Shown here one piece after another: positions 52,890 to 63,225 of a DNA stretch of 64,000 nt. Position 1 is the first letter of the stretch. Each line of letters opens with the position of its first letter. A program made the translations under genes and the position numbers. Under the pieces are notes generated by a model, which did no database searches, was not told the origin of the DNA, and saw only the letters and a list, made by a program, of their open reading frames with translations. This DNA comes from Nitrosopumilaceae archaeon (GTDB lineage: Archaea > Thermoproteota > Nitrososphaeria > Nitrososphaerales > Nitrosopumilaceae). The DNA is taken from positions 320,001 through 384,000 of the forward strand of contig CBDATR010000010.1 in the NCBI GenBank assembly GCA_965200155.1, given 5' to 3'.

Positions 52890-54446
52890 ATGCCTGTAAC
52901 AATGAAATCTAAGAACCACAAGTATGCTCTAGTACTTGTGGCCGCAATTGCTGTCGTGGCAGCTGGCGCAATGTCAGAGGCCTTTGCACAACAAGTTACT
53001 GACGGAATGGACGGATACGTGCTTGGGACTAGTGGAATATACACTGGAAACGAGAATGAATGCTGGTATGAAGAAGATGGAGGTATGCTTCCCTGTAGGA
53101 TAGACACAGGAGATACTGCATGGATGCTGACCGCGTCCTCACTGGTACTCTTTATGAGCCCCGGTGTAGCGTTCTTCTATGGCGGTCTTGCAAGAAGCAA
53201 GAACATCAACAACGTACTGGGTATGGTACTGATAATAATGGGTATCATTGCAGTTCAATGGGTTGTATATGGATACTCCTTGGCGTTTGGTCCAGGGGGC
53301 AATCTTTTCATGGGCAACCTAGACTACGCAGGACTGAACCAGGTCTCCCACTATGCACCACTGGGCGCCGCCGGACCCTGTACCGATACATGGTCTGCAG
53401 CGTATCAGATGCAGGTATTCCACGAAGATGAAGTGTGTAGTCAAGACTGGCCCGGAACAATCCCCCATGCTCTGTTCATGGCGTTCCAGGGAACCTTTGC
53501 AATCATCACCCCAATACTCATTGTAGGTGGTCTGATTGACAGGATCAAATTCAGTGCACTGATAATATTCACACTACTCTGGGCTACCTTCGTCTACGAT
53601 CCTATTGCCCACTGGGTATGGGGTGGTGGCGTAATAGCCTCGTTAGACTTCGACCCGAATCTTAGTCCGTCAGGAGCGCTTGACTTTGCAGGTGGAACTG
53701 TGGTACACATATCCTCAGGATTCTCTGCACTGGCTGGTGCACTGCTGTTGGGCAGGAGGCTGGGCTATGGCAAGGTACCCATGGAGCCACACAATGTTCC
53801 CATGGTAGTACTTGGCGCATCCATACTCTGGTTTGGCTGGTTTGGCTTTAATGCTGGTAGCGAAGTCATGGTAGACGGTATTACCGTAATGGCGTGGGTT
53901 GTGACCAACATTGCAACCGGCATGGCTGTCGTAACTTGGGTACTCATGTCTTGGGCTCACACTGGAAAGCCAAGCATTGTTGGAGCGGCAACCGGTGCGG
54001 TCGCAGGATTGGTAACCATTACACCAGCCTCTGGTTGGGTAGGGCCTATGGCAGCAATAATAATGGGTATTGCAGCTGGAACTGTCTGTTATGCGGCGGT
54101 AGCCTTCAAGAACGCCCGTAAATGGGACGACGCCCTGGATGTCTGGGGTGTACACGGAATTGGCGGCCTAACCGGTGCTATACTTACAGGAACACTCGCT
54201 AGTCCACACGTTTGGGATACCGGTGACGGTATTGGCGCATGGACTGGTACACCCGAAGGTATGGAAACACAAGCACTCAGCATTACCGGAGCAGCAATAT
54301 CTATAGGATATGCATTTGGTCTGACTATAGTAATCCTAAAGATAATGGACCTTGTCTGGCCAGGTGGGATCAGAGTCACTCCAAAAGAAGAGGAGGTTGG
54401 CTTGGATATTGCACAACATGGCGAGAGAGCCTACGTCAACGAATAG
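52890..54446 (+). CDS. amt: Ammonium transporter
   Basis: DTGDTAW, FFYGGL, DFAGGTVVH, LWFGWFGFNAGS and DDALDVWGVHG. Confidence 0.97.
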   Translation: MPVTMKSKNHKYALVLVAAIAVVAAGAMSEAFAQQVTDGMDGYVLGTSGIYTGNENECWYEEDGGMLPCRIDTGDTAWMLTASSLVLFMSPGVAFFYGGLARSKNINNVLGMVLIIMGIIAVQWVVYGYSLAFGPGGNLFMGNLDYAGLNQVSHYAPLGAAGPCTDTWSAAYQMQVFHEDEVCSQDWPGTIPHALFMAFQGTFAIITPILIVGGLIDRIKFSALIIFTLLWATFVYDPIAHWVWGGGVIASLDFDPNLSPSGALDFAGGTVVHISSGFSALAGALLLGRRLGYGKVPMEPHNVPMVVLGASILWFGWFGFNAGSEVMVDGITVMAWVVTNIATGMAVVTWVLMSWAHTGKPSIVGAATGAVAGLVTITPASGWVGPMAAIIMGIAAGTVCYAAVAFKNARKWDDALDVWGVHGIGGLTGAILTGTLASPHVWDTGDGIGAWTGTPEGMETQALSITGAAISIGYAFGLTIVILKIMDLVWPGGIRVTPKEEEVGLDIAQHGERAYVNE

Positions 54447-54546
54447 ACATATCAAATTATTTTACTATTTATGATCTGTGCCCTATTGGTGCTTGTCGTA
54501 TGTGTCTTCACTAGAATTTCAGACTCCCATGGGCTCGCCTAGTGAC

Positions 54547-54705
54547 GTGACCGTTTAGGTCACTCCGAATTAATGTGCGTTTTCATGGCACAAAATCCGG
54601 TAAGTAAAAACAAACCGGTAGGGGATGGTCCCAACCAGCCCTGACTGTGGTTGCAAATGTCGTGCATTGAAATAACAGGATTTAGTCCGTTTCTTGGACG
54701 GTTAC
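54547..54705. mobile_element. Family-B MITE
   Basis: GTGACCGTTTAGGTCACTCCGAATT...GGACGGTTAC, reverse similarity to 23140-23305. Confidence 0.7.
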
Positions 54706-54756
54706 GTCACTAGACTAATATCAATGTGGTTGTAGAATACGCGCCTCTGACTTGTA

Positions 54757-56856
54757 CTAGCGTTTCTTCCAGTAGAATTGGTTGTATATGAGCTCTGGTC
54801 GTATGGCCCGGAAGGGCTGGGCGCCTCCATCATACCATTTTGTAAAGAACTCGTATAGGTGAAGCCGCAGAGACTGTATGTAGACGATAAGCCCCTCTAT
54901 CATCATTATTCCCAAGTTTCCGCCCACTATCATGGCTATGGCTCCCACGGATCCTGCGCCGCCGAGCGATACATACGCGTTATTGACTGTAAGCAGCAGC
55001 GCGGCATGGACAAGCAACATTATTCCCAACCGGGCATAGCTTATGGTGTGCGCCAGGCTCTCCACAGTCTTGCCCAGAAAGACCTCCATTACGACATTGG
55101 CGGTGCTTCCGCCATCCTCGGGGTGCCTCTTGGCGTGCAGTATGCCTCCAACCATCATTATCGCCATGGACCCTATGACTATTACCACGGCTATTCTGGT
55201 CACAATCCATACGGTGGCCCACTCGCCCAAGAACATGGTTACCCATGGGACCGGTTCGTTGTGTATGCGTGAGTACATGTTCATCACGTCATACTGGGCT
55301 CCGATGGCACACATTATGATCACCACAATGCCTCCGTACAGGGTAATGTTGGGTATGGATTCCATGAATGCCACCATCTTGTGTCCTGCCTTCAATTGTC
55401 GTCGGACCCGCAGTATCATGGCCCACACTAGGTGTACTATTCCGAGGAATAGCGAGACTTTGAGTATGTCTATGACCTGCTCAAAGGTCAGCTCCGCTAC
55501 ACTAAGTATGCCTACCAGCCAGGATACGGCATGCAGGGGTCCGCCCTCTTTCAGGAGGCTCGCAAAGGGCTCAAAGTAATCTATATGATAGCCAAACATC
55601 TCGCCTGCCCCTACGCCTGCAATGGCCGAGGCGGCTCCAGATATTCCAATTAGCATGCCCCATCTAGAGAGTGTACCCTGTCCCTTTACCTTGAAGAGCA
55701 ATCCCATGCCCATAAGGAGCAGACCGTGTCCCAAGTCTGCAAACATAATTCCGTAGAATATGGGCCACATGAGCGCAATCATTGGGGTGGGATCAGTCTC
55801 TCCCTTCTTTGGTATACCCTGACTCTCGGTTATGACCTCGAAGGTGCGAACGAATCTCTTATTGTCAAATAATACCGGGGCATCTCGTATCAGTTTGGGA
55901 TCTGTAACATCCTCCACGATGGGGGTCCACTGTCCCATCTTCTCTTGGAACTTGGACTCCATCTTCTTTGGTATGTATCCCTGAATTACAGCAAAGTTCT
56001 TTGTACCGCCCGGCTTTCGTAGGGTCTCCAATACATCTTTGGCTATCTTTGCCTCCTCGTGTATTGTGAGTATGTCTCTTCTGAGACTTTTTCTCATGCC
56101 TGACAGCTTCTTTTCCGCGGCGGTTTTCTTTTTGGTGACCTCTTCTATCTTCTCGACCAGCATACTATATGCCTGACTGGGAACTTGAGGCAACCCCTGA
56201 GGGATAGCAAAGGTTGCTGCACCAAACCCGCGAAACACCTTGAGTACTGTCTCCGCGCTGTTTGCATCGGACACGACCAGTACTGCTGCCTTGTCCTTGG
56301 ACTGGAGATCATACCTGTATAGGGTCGTACCTTCCAGTGACCGTGCAATCTCGTCGTAGTCCTTGGATTCTATTATGAACAGGTTTGTGTAAAAGTATCT
56401 CATAAGACCAAAACCGCTGAGATCCATGTCTAACTTTGCGGCTACCTCCATTGTATCCTTGATGGAGCGATACTCGTCCAGGGCACGGCTATTGTCGGCT
56501 ATCTCCTGTAGCAGATCCGATGCCTCTGATATTATGCTGGGCGCTCTGCTGGATAGGTCGTCCACTATATCTCGTATCTGGTACAGCTCATAACTCTTGG
56601 GCTTAATCATAGTGCCCTTGAATAGTATCTCTATCATGCCAACCCTTGCGGGTACTTGTAGCCCCTTGACCACATCGTCAATGGACTGAAATATCTTTTG
56701 CGCCTCTAGCAAAAGATCATCCACCTCCGGAGTAACTAGATCTCCCTCGCTGTCTATCTTGTGGAACCATTCAAACTCCGTAAGCCTGGAGATAGCCATG
56801 GGCGACTCGCTTCTGGGCAGTATCACAGTACCTAGCCGCAGATCTGCTATAGCCAT
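54757..56856 (-). CDS. atpI: A/V-type ATP synthase subunit I
   Basis: GIMFADLGHG, TISYARL and SLRLHLYEFF.KWY. Confidence 0.96.
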   Translation of the reverse strand: MAIADLRLGTVILPRSESPMAISRLTEFEWFHKIDSEGDLVTPEVDDLLLEAQKIFQSIDDVVKGLQVPARVGMIEILFKGTMIKPKSYELYQIRDIVDDLSSRAPSIISEASDLLQEIADNSRALDEYRSIKDTMEVAAKLDMDLSGFGLMRYFYTNLFIIESKDYDEIARSLEGTTLYRYDLQSKDKAAVLVVSDANSAETVLKVFRGFGAATFAIPQGLPQVPSQAYSMLVEKIEEVTKKKTAAEKKLSGMRKSLRRDILTIHEEAKIAKDVLETLRKPGGTKNFAVIQGYIPKKMESKFQEKMGQWTPIVEDVTDPKLIRDAPVLFDNKRFVRTFEVITESQGIPKKGETDPTPMIALMWPIFYGIMFADLGHGLLLMGMGLLFKVKGQGTLSRWGMLIGISGAASAIAGVGAGEMFGYHIDYFEPFASLLKEGGPLHAVSWLVGILSVAELTFEQVIDILKVSLFLGIVHLVWAMILRVRRQLKAGHKMVAFMESIPNITLYGGIVVIIMCAIGAQYDVMNMYSRIHNEPVPWVTMFLGEWATVWIVTRIAVVIVIGSMAIMMVGGILHAKRHPEDGGSTANVVMEVFLGKTVESLAHTISYARLGIMLLVHAALLLTVNNAYVSLGGAGSVGAIAMIVGGNLGIMMIEGLIVYIQSLRLHLYEFFTKWYDGGAQPFRAIRPELIYNQFYWKKR

Positions 56857-57152
56857 ACTATACTCAGGCCAACCACATTGTGTTTAATATCTTTCGAAAA
56901 ATTACAAATCGCATAACTGCAGATTCTCATCACACTGGACCCTGACTTGGTGATCAGTACCGGGATGGATGCCTGGTCTCCTGTTCTGGGCAACCAGAAC
57001 CTGGACTGGCGTATTTTGCAACTGATCAGTATTCTATCATCATAATGATCTCTACAAATTCATATCCGGGCTTTTGTCTTGTGCGGCCTGAACTGTCACT
57101 CACAGACGCTTCACTCCAAACATTAAAATCCATTTGACAGGTCACCGCATTC

Positions 57153-57743
57153 ATGCTTGTGAATCTAGAACAGACGGTGGATAAGATACTAGATCAAACT
57201 CATCAAAATATAGAGTCGCGTCTATCTGAATCGTTACAGGAATCACGCCAGAAACTTGATGGGGCACTTGTAGGCTTGGAAGCCGAGTATAATCGCATAA
57301 TATCTGATGGCAAGAAGGAGGCAGACAAGATAGAGAAGCAGATAGTAGGTAGCTCGGACTTGGAGGCACGTAACAAGGAACTCCTACTAGTCGAGGAGGC
57401 GGTAAACCGCGCCTTTGATTATGCGTTACGTAGACTGTCCCAGACTGACAGGGATGGCTCCTATACAGATTTGGTAGAATCACTATTACAGGAGGCCGTG
57501 GATGCCCTGGGGTCTGCCGATGTATTGGTATACACTAGCCCCGCGGACAAGGACGCAGTGCTGGTGGCCATGGAGAAGTTTCCTGATGCTAGATTCGCTG
57601 AGGAGATACAATGTTTGGGCGGCGTCAGGGTCGTATCCGGCGATGGTACAATGACATTTGATAACACCCTGGATGCTAGAATATCACGTTTAAAGCCTTT
57701 AATTAGGAAAAAAATTGCCGCTAAGTTCGAGGTGACACAGTAA
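57153..57743 (+). CDS. atpE: A/V-type ATP synthase subunit E
   Basis: Coiled-coil N-terminus, LGGVRV...DG.MTFDNTLDAR. Confidence 0.92.
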   Translation: MLVNLEQTVDKILDQTHQNIESRLSESLQESRQKLDGALVGLEAEYNRIISDGKKEADKIEKQIVGSSDLEARNKELLLVEEAVNRAFDYALRRLSQTDRDGSYTDLVESLLQEAVDALGSADVLVYTSPADKDAVLVAMEKFPDARFAEEIQCLGGVRVVSGDGTMTFDNTLDARISRLKPLIRKKIAAKFEVTQ

Positions 57744-59516
57744 ATGGTTGCACAGGGACGTATAGTATGGGTCAGTGGGCCTGCAGTAAGGGCGGACGGA
57801 ATGTCAGACGCCAAGATGTATGAGACCGTCATTGTGGGCGAGGCACGGCTTATAGGCGAGGTTATACGACTGACCGGCGATGTGGCCTTCATACAGGTAT
57901 ACGAGTCCACCAGCGGTCTCAAACCCGGTGAGCCTGTGGTGGGTACAGGAAACCCTCTGAGTGTGTTACTAGGACCAGGTATAATCGGACAAATATACGA
58001 TGGCATACAGAGGCCGCTTAAGGATCTCTCCAAGGCTTCGGGCTCTTATATTGGCCGTGGTATAACTACCACCCCTGTGGATTTGTCCAAAAAGTATCAC
58101 TTCGTGCCCAGTGTAAAAGTGGATCAAGAGATAAGCGCAGGTAACATAATCGGCGTAGTCCAGGAAACGGATCTAATAGATCATCCTATAATGGTACCAC
58201 CGGATCATGCAGGAGGCAAGATTGTCAATGTCGTTAGTGAGGGTGACTATGACTTGGAGACAGACTTGGTTACTGTGGAACGGGATGGTCAGTCCACAAC
58301 GCTAAAGATGTATCATAAATGGCCCGTACGAAAACCCCGTCCATTCAGGACCAGATATGATCCTACTATACCATTGCTTACTGGTCAGCGAGTAATTGAT
58401 ACATTCTTCCCCATAGCAAAGGGGGGTACAGGTTCCATTCCTGGCGCCTTTGGTACGGGCAAGACCGTGACGTTGCACCAGATAGCAAAATGGGCCGATT
58501 CCCAGGTTGTTGTGTATATTGGATGTGGTGAGAGGGGTAATGAAATGACCGAGGTATTGGTAGAGTTCCCCCATCTCAAGGACCCGCGCACCGGCAAGCC
58601 CCTGATGGATCGTACTGTTCTTGTGGCAAATACAAGTAATATGCCAGTAGCAGCCAGGGAGGCTAGCATTTACACCGGCGTGACCATAGCCGAGTACTAT
58701 CGTGATATGGGCAAGGATGTCGTGCTTGTAGCAGACTCCACTAGCCGCTGGGCTGAGGCTCTACGAGAGATGAGTGGAAGGCTTGAGGAGATGCCTGCCG
58801 AGGAGGGTTATCCGTCATACCTTGCGTCCAGACTAGCAGAGTTCTATGAACGGGCAGGCCGTGTTCGCGCCACGGGCAGCCCTGACAGGGACGGTTCTGT
58901 GACACTGGTCGGTGCGGTTTCCCCGTCTGGTGGTGACTTTACCGAACCTGTGACTACCCACACCATGAGATTCATCAAGACATTCTGGGCACTGGATGCA
59001 AAACTGGCATATTCCAGACACTATCCGTCCATCAACTGGATGAATAGCTACTCTGGATATCTGGCAGATATTGCAAAGTGGTGGAGCCAGAATGTAAGCG
59101 AAGACTGGCTTACACTACGGGGCGAGGCCTATGCGATACTACAGCGTGAGGACACGCTAAAAGAAGTGGTAAGACTATTGGGCCCTGAGGCACTCCCGGA
59201 TGAGCAAAAGCTCATACTGGAAGTGGCTCGTATGATAAAGATAGGCTTGCTTCAGCAGAACTCCTTTGATGACGTAGATACGTATTGCGGAGTGCAAAAG
59301 CAGTATCAATTACTCAAATTACTGGTTGACTTTTACAAGAGGGGTCAGCAAGCCATCAAGGAGGGCTCTACCATATCTGGCATACAGTCTATGCCCGTTA
59401 TCAGTAATCTTCTGAAAGCCCGGATGGATGTCAAGGATGATGAATTAGAAAAACTGAACCAGCTAGATACATTGATGAAGGAACAGTTCAAGGGTTCACT
59501 GGTGGTAAAGAATTGA
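57744..59516 (+). CDS. atpA: A/V-type ATP synthase subunit A
   Basis: [25 protein letters not shown] and HYPSINW. Confidence 0.98.
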   Translation: MVAQGRIVWVSGPAVRADGMSDAKMYETVIVGEARLIGEVIRLTGDVAFIQVYESTSGLKPGEPVVGTGNPLSVLLGPGIIGQIYDGIQRPLKDLSKASGSYIGRGITTTPVDLSKKYHFVPSVKVDQEISAGNIIGVVQETDLIDHPIMVPPDHAGGKIVNVVSEGDYDLETDLVTVERDGQSTTLKMYHKWPVRKPRPFRTRYDPTIPLLTGQRVIDTFFPIAKGGTGSIPGAFGTGKTVTLHQIAKWADSQVVVYIGCGERGNEMTEVLVEFPHLKDPRTGKPLMDRTVLVANTSNMPVAAREASIYTGVTIAEYYRDMGKDVVLVADSTSRWAEALREMSGRLEEMPAEEGYPSYLASRLAEFYERAGRVRATGSPDRDGSVTLVGAVSPSGGDFTEPVTTHTMRFIKTFWALDAKLAYSRHYPSINWMNSYSGYLADIAKWWSQNVSEDWLTLRGEAYAILQREDTLKEVVRLLGPEALPDEQKLILEVARMIKIGLLQQNSFDDVDTYCGVQKQYQLLKLLVDFYKRGQQAIKEGSTISGIQSMPVISNLLKARMDVKDDELEKLNQLDTLMKEQFKGSLVVKN

Positions 59517-60904
59517 GTAGCACTGGCGGTATACAATATAGCAAGATAGCCGAGATTAAGGGTCCCCTGGTTGTGGTAGATGATGTGGAGAACGCGGCTT
59601 TTGATGAGCTGGTTGAGGTGGAGACCGGTGACGGTGAGCGACGACTGGGCAAGGTTTTGGAAGTAGGCAATGGCAAGGCTATCGTGCAGGTATTTGAGGG
59701 AACCACTGGTTTGTCCATATCCGGAACATCTGCCCGCTTTGTGGGTCGAGTGATGGAGATGCCTGTATCTAAAGAGGTACTGGGGCGTGTATTTGACGGC
59801 TTGGGTAGACCCAAAGACAATCTGCCTGACCCAATCGCGGACAAATTCTTGGACATCAATGGCGCTCCCATGAACCCGGAGCAGCGGGAGTATCCCAAGG
59901 ACTTTATCCAGACGGGTGTCTCAGTTATTGATGGAATGATTACGCTTGTACGGGGACAGAAATTGCCAATATTCTCCGGCTCCGGCATGTCTCATAACAT
60001 CCTGGCTGCACAGATAGCCCGGCAAGCCACCGTGGTCGGCAAGAGCGAGGAATTTGCGGTGGTTTTTGCTGCCATCGGGGTGCAGTACAGTGAGGCAGAA
60101 TACTTCCGCCGAACGCTGGAAGAATCCGGGGCTCTGAAGCGCAGTGTACTTTTCCTAAATGTGGCCGATGATCCTGCCATTGAGCGTATAATTACGCCTA
60201 GAGTGGCGTTGACGGTAGCCGAGTACATGGCGTTTGAGCTTGGCATGCACGTGCTTGTAATACTAACTGACATGACCAATTACGCTGAGGCTCTTCGGGA
60301 GATCAGTGCGGCCCGGGAAGAGGTTCCTGGCCGTAAGGGTTATCCCGGATACCTGTACACGGACCTCTCCACCATATATGAGAGAGCAGGCAAGCTGACG
60401 GGCCGCCCTGGCAGTGTAACGCAAGTGCCCATACTCTCCATGCCATCCGATGATATAACACACCCGGTTCCAGATCTTACCGGATACATAACCGAGGGAC
60501 AAATTGTTCTGGGCAGGGATCTCTTCCGGCAGGGTGTATATCCGCCTGTAAGCATACTCATGAGTCTATCCAGGCTCATGAAGGACGGTATTGGTGCTGG
60601 CCGGACCCGGGATGACCATGGTGAGGTGTCCAACCAGAATTATGACTCCTACTCCAGAGCCCAGGAGGTACGGGCCCTGGCAGGCATAGTGGGCAAGGCC
60701 GGTCTTACCGAGATTGATCTCAAGTATATGGATGTGGGAGATATCTTTGAGAAGGAGTTTCTGACTCAGGCTGTAGACGAGAACCGCAATCTTGATGAAT
60801 CTCTCTCGTTACTATGGAAGGTAGTCTCCAGTTTGCCCACTACGGAGCTGACAAAAATAAAGGACAAGTATGTTGAAAAGTACTACCAGGGAAAAGAATC
60901 CTAA
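59513..60904 (+). CDS. atpB: A/V-type ATP synthase subunit B
   Basis: [21 protein letters not shown] and [10 protein letters not shown]. Confidence 0.98.
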   Translation: MSSTGGIQYSKIAEIKGPLVVVDDVENAAFDELVEVETGDGERRLGKVLEVGNGKAIVQVFEGTTGLSISGTSARFVGRVMEMPVSKEVLGRVFDGLGRPKDNLPDPIADKFLDINGAPMNPEQREYPKDFIQTGVSVIDGMITLVRGQKLPIFSGSGMSHNILAAQIARQATVVGKSEEFAVVFAAIGVQYSEAEYFRRTLEESGALKRSVLFLNVADDPAIERIITPRVALTVAEYMAFELGMHVLVILTDMTNYAEALREISAAREEVPGRKGYPGYLYTDLSTIYERAGKLTGRPGSVTQVPILSMPSDDITHPVPDLTGYITEGQIVLGRDLFRQGVYPPVSILMSLSRLMKDGIGAGRTRDDHGEVSNQNYDSYSRAQEVRALAGIVGKAGLTEIDLKYMDVGDIFEKEFLTQAVDENRNLDESLSLLWKVVSSLPTTELTKIKDKYVEKYYQGKES

Positions 60905-61537
60905 ATGTCGTTCGGGCAGAACGTTGCGGCTACTAAAATAGAACTACTAAAGTACAAGCGTTCCAGCCAAGTGGCTCTCATGGTACAAAAGATACTGGAC
61001 GATAAGCGCAAGGTACTGCTGAAGAATATAGAGGAGATGATACAGGCAGCCTCCAGCGCTCGGGGTGGCATATGGGATCCGCTTCAGGAGATATATTCAT
61101 CAGTGAACGAGGCATACCTTACCTTGGGGACCGGCACTGTGGATTCAGTCGCTGAGTCCACGCCGCCTGCAATGGAGGTAGATGTGAAGGTGCGCCGGGT
61201 CGTTGATGTGAAGGTACCGGTACTGACTGTGTCCGAAAAGGATACCAAGTCTGTACCCTACGGCTTTGCGGACACCAACTCCTCCATAGACCGCGCGGCC
61301 AAGCAGATAAAGATACTACTTCCCAAAATATGCAAGGCGGCCGAGTATGAAAACTCAATATTCAGTCTGGCAAAGGCATTGGAGAAAACCCAAAAGCTCC
61401 TTAATGCCTTGGAGAATGTGATAATCCCCCAATACCAGGAGCGGGTACGCTTTATACTGGCCACCCTGGAGGAGCGGGAGCGTGAGGAGTTTGCAAAACT
61501 CAAGAAATTAAAAGAGGCTATGGAGAAGCGAAAGTAG
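60905..61537 (+). CDS. atpD: A/V-type ATP synthase subunit D
   Basis: ATKIELL, KT...LNALENVIIP and LEEREREEF. Confidence 0.96.
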   Translation: MSFGQNVAATKIELLKYKRSSQVALMVQKILDDKRKVLLKNIEEMIQAASSARGGIWDPLQEIYSSVNEAYLTLGTGTVDSVAESTPPAMEVDVKVRRVVDVKVPVLTVSEKDTKSVPYGFADTNSSIDRAAKQIKILLPKICKAAEYENSIFSLAKALEKTQKLLNALENVIIPQYQERVRFILATLEEREREEFAKLKKLKEAMEKRK

Positions 61538-61538
61538 G

Positions 61539-61670
61539 ATGACAAAAGAGGATCTTGCTCAACTTCTTGCCAAATCCAAGGCAAATTTGGACAAGGAGCA
61601 TCAGGTCTTTGCCGAGTCCATTCGCAAGGATTTGGACTCCTTCAAGAAGAAGGCTATGTCGAAAATCTAG
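61539..61670 (+). CDS. Small helical protein (43 aa) downstream of atpD, absent from the ORF track
   Basis: MTKEDLAQLLAKSKANLDKEHQVFAESIRKDLDSFKKKAMSKI*, starting 1 nt after the atpD stop. Confidence 0.65.
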   Translation: MTKEDLAQLLAKSKANLDKEHQVFAESIRKDLDSFKKKAMSKI

Positions 61671-61824
61671 TATCCCATGTTTTATTACTCCCGGCCCTGG
61701 CAGGCGGCGCGTACATGTACGGGTTCCCCGTGTGGCTGGGAAAAAGACGCACCATTATGGTGCATTCCAGAAGTCTGCGAGATACAAGTCAGGGATTGTA
61801 CGTGATATCCGGAGACTTGTGGTA

Positions 61825-62096
61825 GTATGAGTTCACGTCTTCCGGAATATTATGCACAAATCACATTAACTGTCGCGATCAGTTATGCGTAAATTTAGAC
61901 ACAGGTGAACTCATACAGATTAGTGGCCAGATAAAGGGTGGTGAAAGGGGCCATGCGCCGCATGTCCATATGTGTTCAGACATGGAGGGCTCAGGGCCTT
62001 TCTGTAATGAACGAGGTTGCTACCAGAATGCAATTATAATTAAAAAACTGGGATGCATTCTATCTTATTATGTGATCAAAACACGTGAACTCATAC
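61825..62096 (+). mobile_element. Hybrid element: family-A MITE (61825-61916) + IS66 right end
   Basis: 61917-62096 matches the reverse complement of 30531-~30720. Outer TSD TTGTGGTA. Confidence 0.92.
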
Positions 62097-62341
62097 TTGT
62101 GGTAACCACTTACACCCTGTGATCGTTTAAGCCGCCCCACTCATGAATATTGGTTCTCTCCAGCCGCGTTCTTGGTAGCCGGTAAGACTTGCTGAGCATA
62201 TTTTGTCCTTTATTCCGTAAAGCGGTTCCCGTATTTGCAATCTGGGGGATGCCCGCAGTTGATCGTTTGCGTGACTTGGCTACTCACCGTATACTCATCA
62301 TTATGGTTTAAATTAGGACTTCGAGGGATGCTAACCCATAC

Positions 62342-62647
62342 ATGAAACCAATCTTCTTGGTACTTATGGTTGCTGGCATAGTGGCGAGCGCAAGTATGGC
62401 GGGAACCGCATACGCGCAAGAGGGCGATGCCAGCAGCTCTGACTCGTTTAAGATACTGGGTGCTGGTTTGGCATTTGGTTTGGCTGCATTTGGCGCAGGT
62501 ATAGGCTTGGGCCAGGCTGGCGCAGCGGGTCTTGCAGTTATTAGCGAAAACCCTGCACTACAGTCAAAGGTGTTCATTATAGTCGGTATGGTGGAATCCA
62601 TTGCCATATACGGTATTGTGATGATGTTCATCATATTGGGTCAGTAA
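62342..62647 (+). CDS. atpK: A/V-type ATP synthase proteolipid subunit K (c)
   Basis: GAGLAFGLAAFGAGIGLG, ISENP and GMVESIAIYG, with a signal-like N-terminus. Confidence 0.95.
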   Translation: MKPIFLVLMVAGIVASASMAGTAYAQEGDASSSDSFKILGAGLAFGLAAFGAGIGLGQAGAAGLAVISENPALQSKVFIIVGMVESIAIYGIVMMFIILGQ

Positions 62648-62715
62648 GCGATTTTTGTATAATTTTGGGATACTTGGGTATAGCCTCCCGGCTGATCATT
62701 CCACTACTAAAATGA

Positions 62716-63186
62716 CTAGTCTACTGACTGTCTTTGCGGCTGCTTCACGTCCAGCAGCCGACGGCAGTACCTGCACCGCAGTATCCTGCCTTCCCTGTCC
62801 ACCACATCCATTACGGGTTCAATCTGCTTGGTGCTGTTGCTGATACATTGGGGGTTGTTACAGCGGAATATCCTTTCTATCTCATTTGGTAGAGATACTC
62901 GCCGCTTCTCGGCCAGTTTAAAGTTGCGTATCTTGTTGATTGTGGCATGGGGCGCTATGACCGCCAACTTGTTGGTGTCATCCTCCTCCAGAAAGCGGTT
63001 CTCTACCTTTATGATGTCCTTCTTTCCAAACTTGCCGCTGGGCACATTCAACGCAATGGTTATGAGCCCTCCATCGGTGCCGTCTATATCTATCTCCTTG
63101 AGCACCCTGAGGCCCACGCCTGCATCTATGTGATCAATGACCGTTCCCTCCTTTATGCGCCGTACTAAAAGCTCTGAGCGCTCCAA
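62716..63186 (-). CDS. pyrI: Aspartate carbamoyltransferase regulatory subunit
   Basis: LVRRIKEGTVIDHI, KKDIIKVE, CNNPQCISN and CRYC. TTG start inferred. Confidence 0.95.
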   Translation of the reverse strand: MERSELLVRRIKEGTVIDHIDAGVGLRVLKEIDIDGTDGGLITIALNVPSGKFGKKDIIKVENRFLEEDDTNKLAVIAPHATINKIRNFKLAEKRRVSLPNEIERIFRCNNPQCISNSTKQIEPVMDVVDREGRILRCRYCRRLLDVKQPQRQSVD

Positions 63187-63225
63187 TGTAAAAACGCGTA
63201 TATTTACCATTATATCACTTGATCC

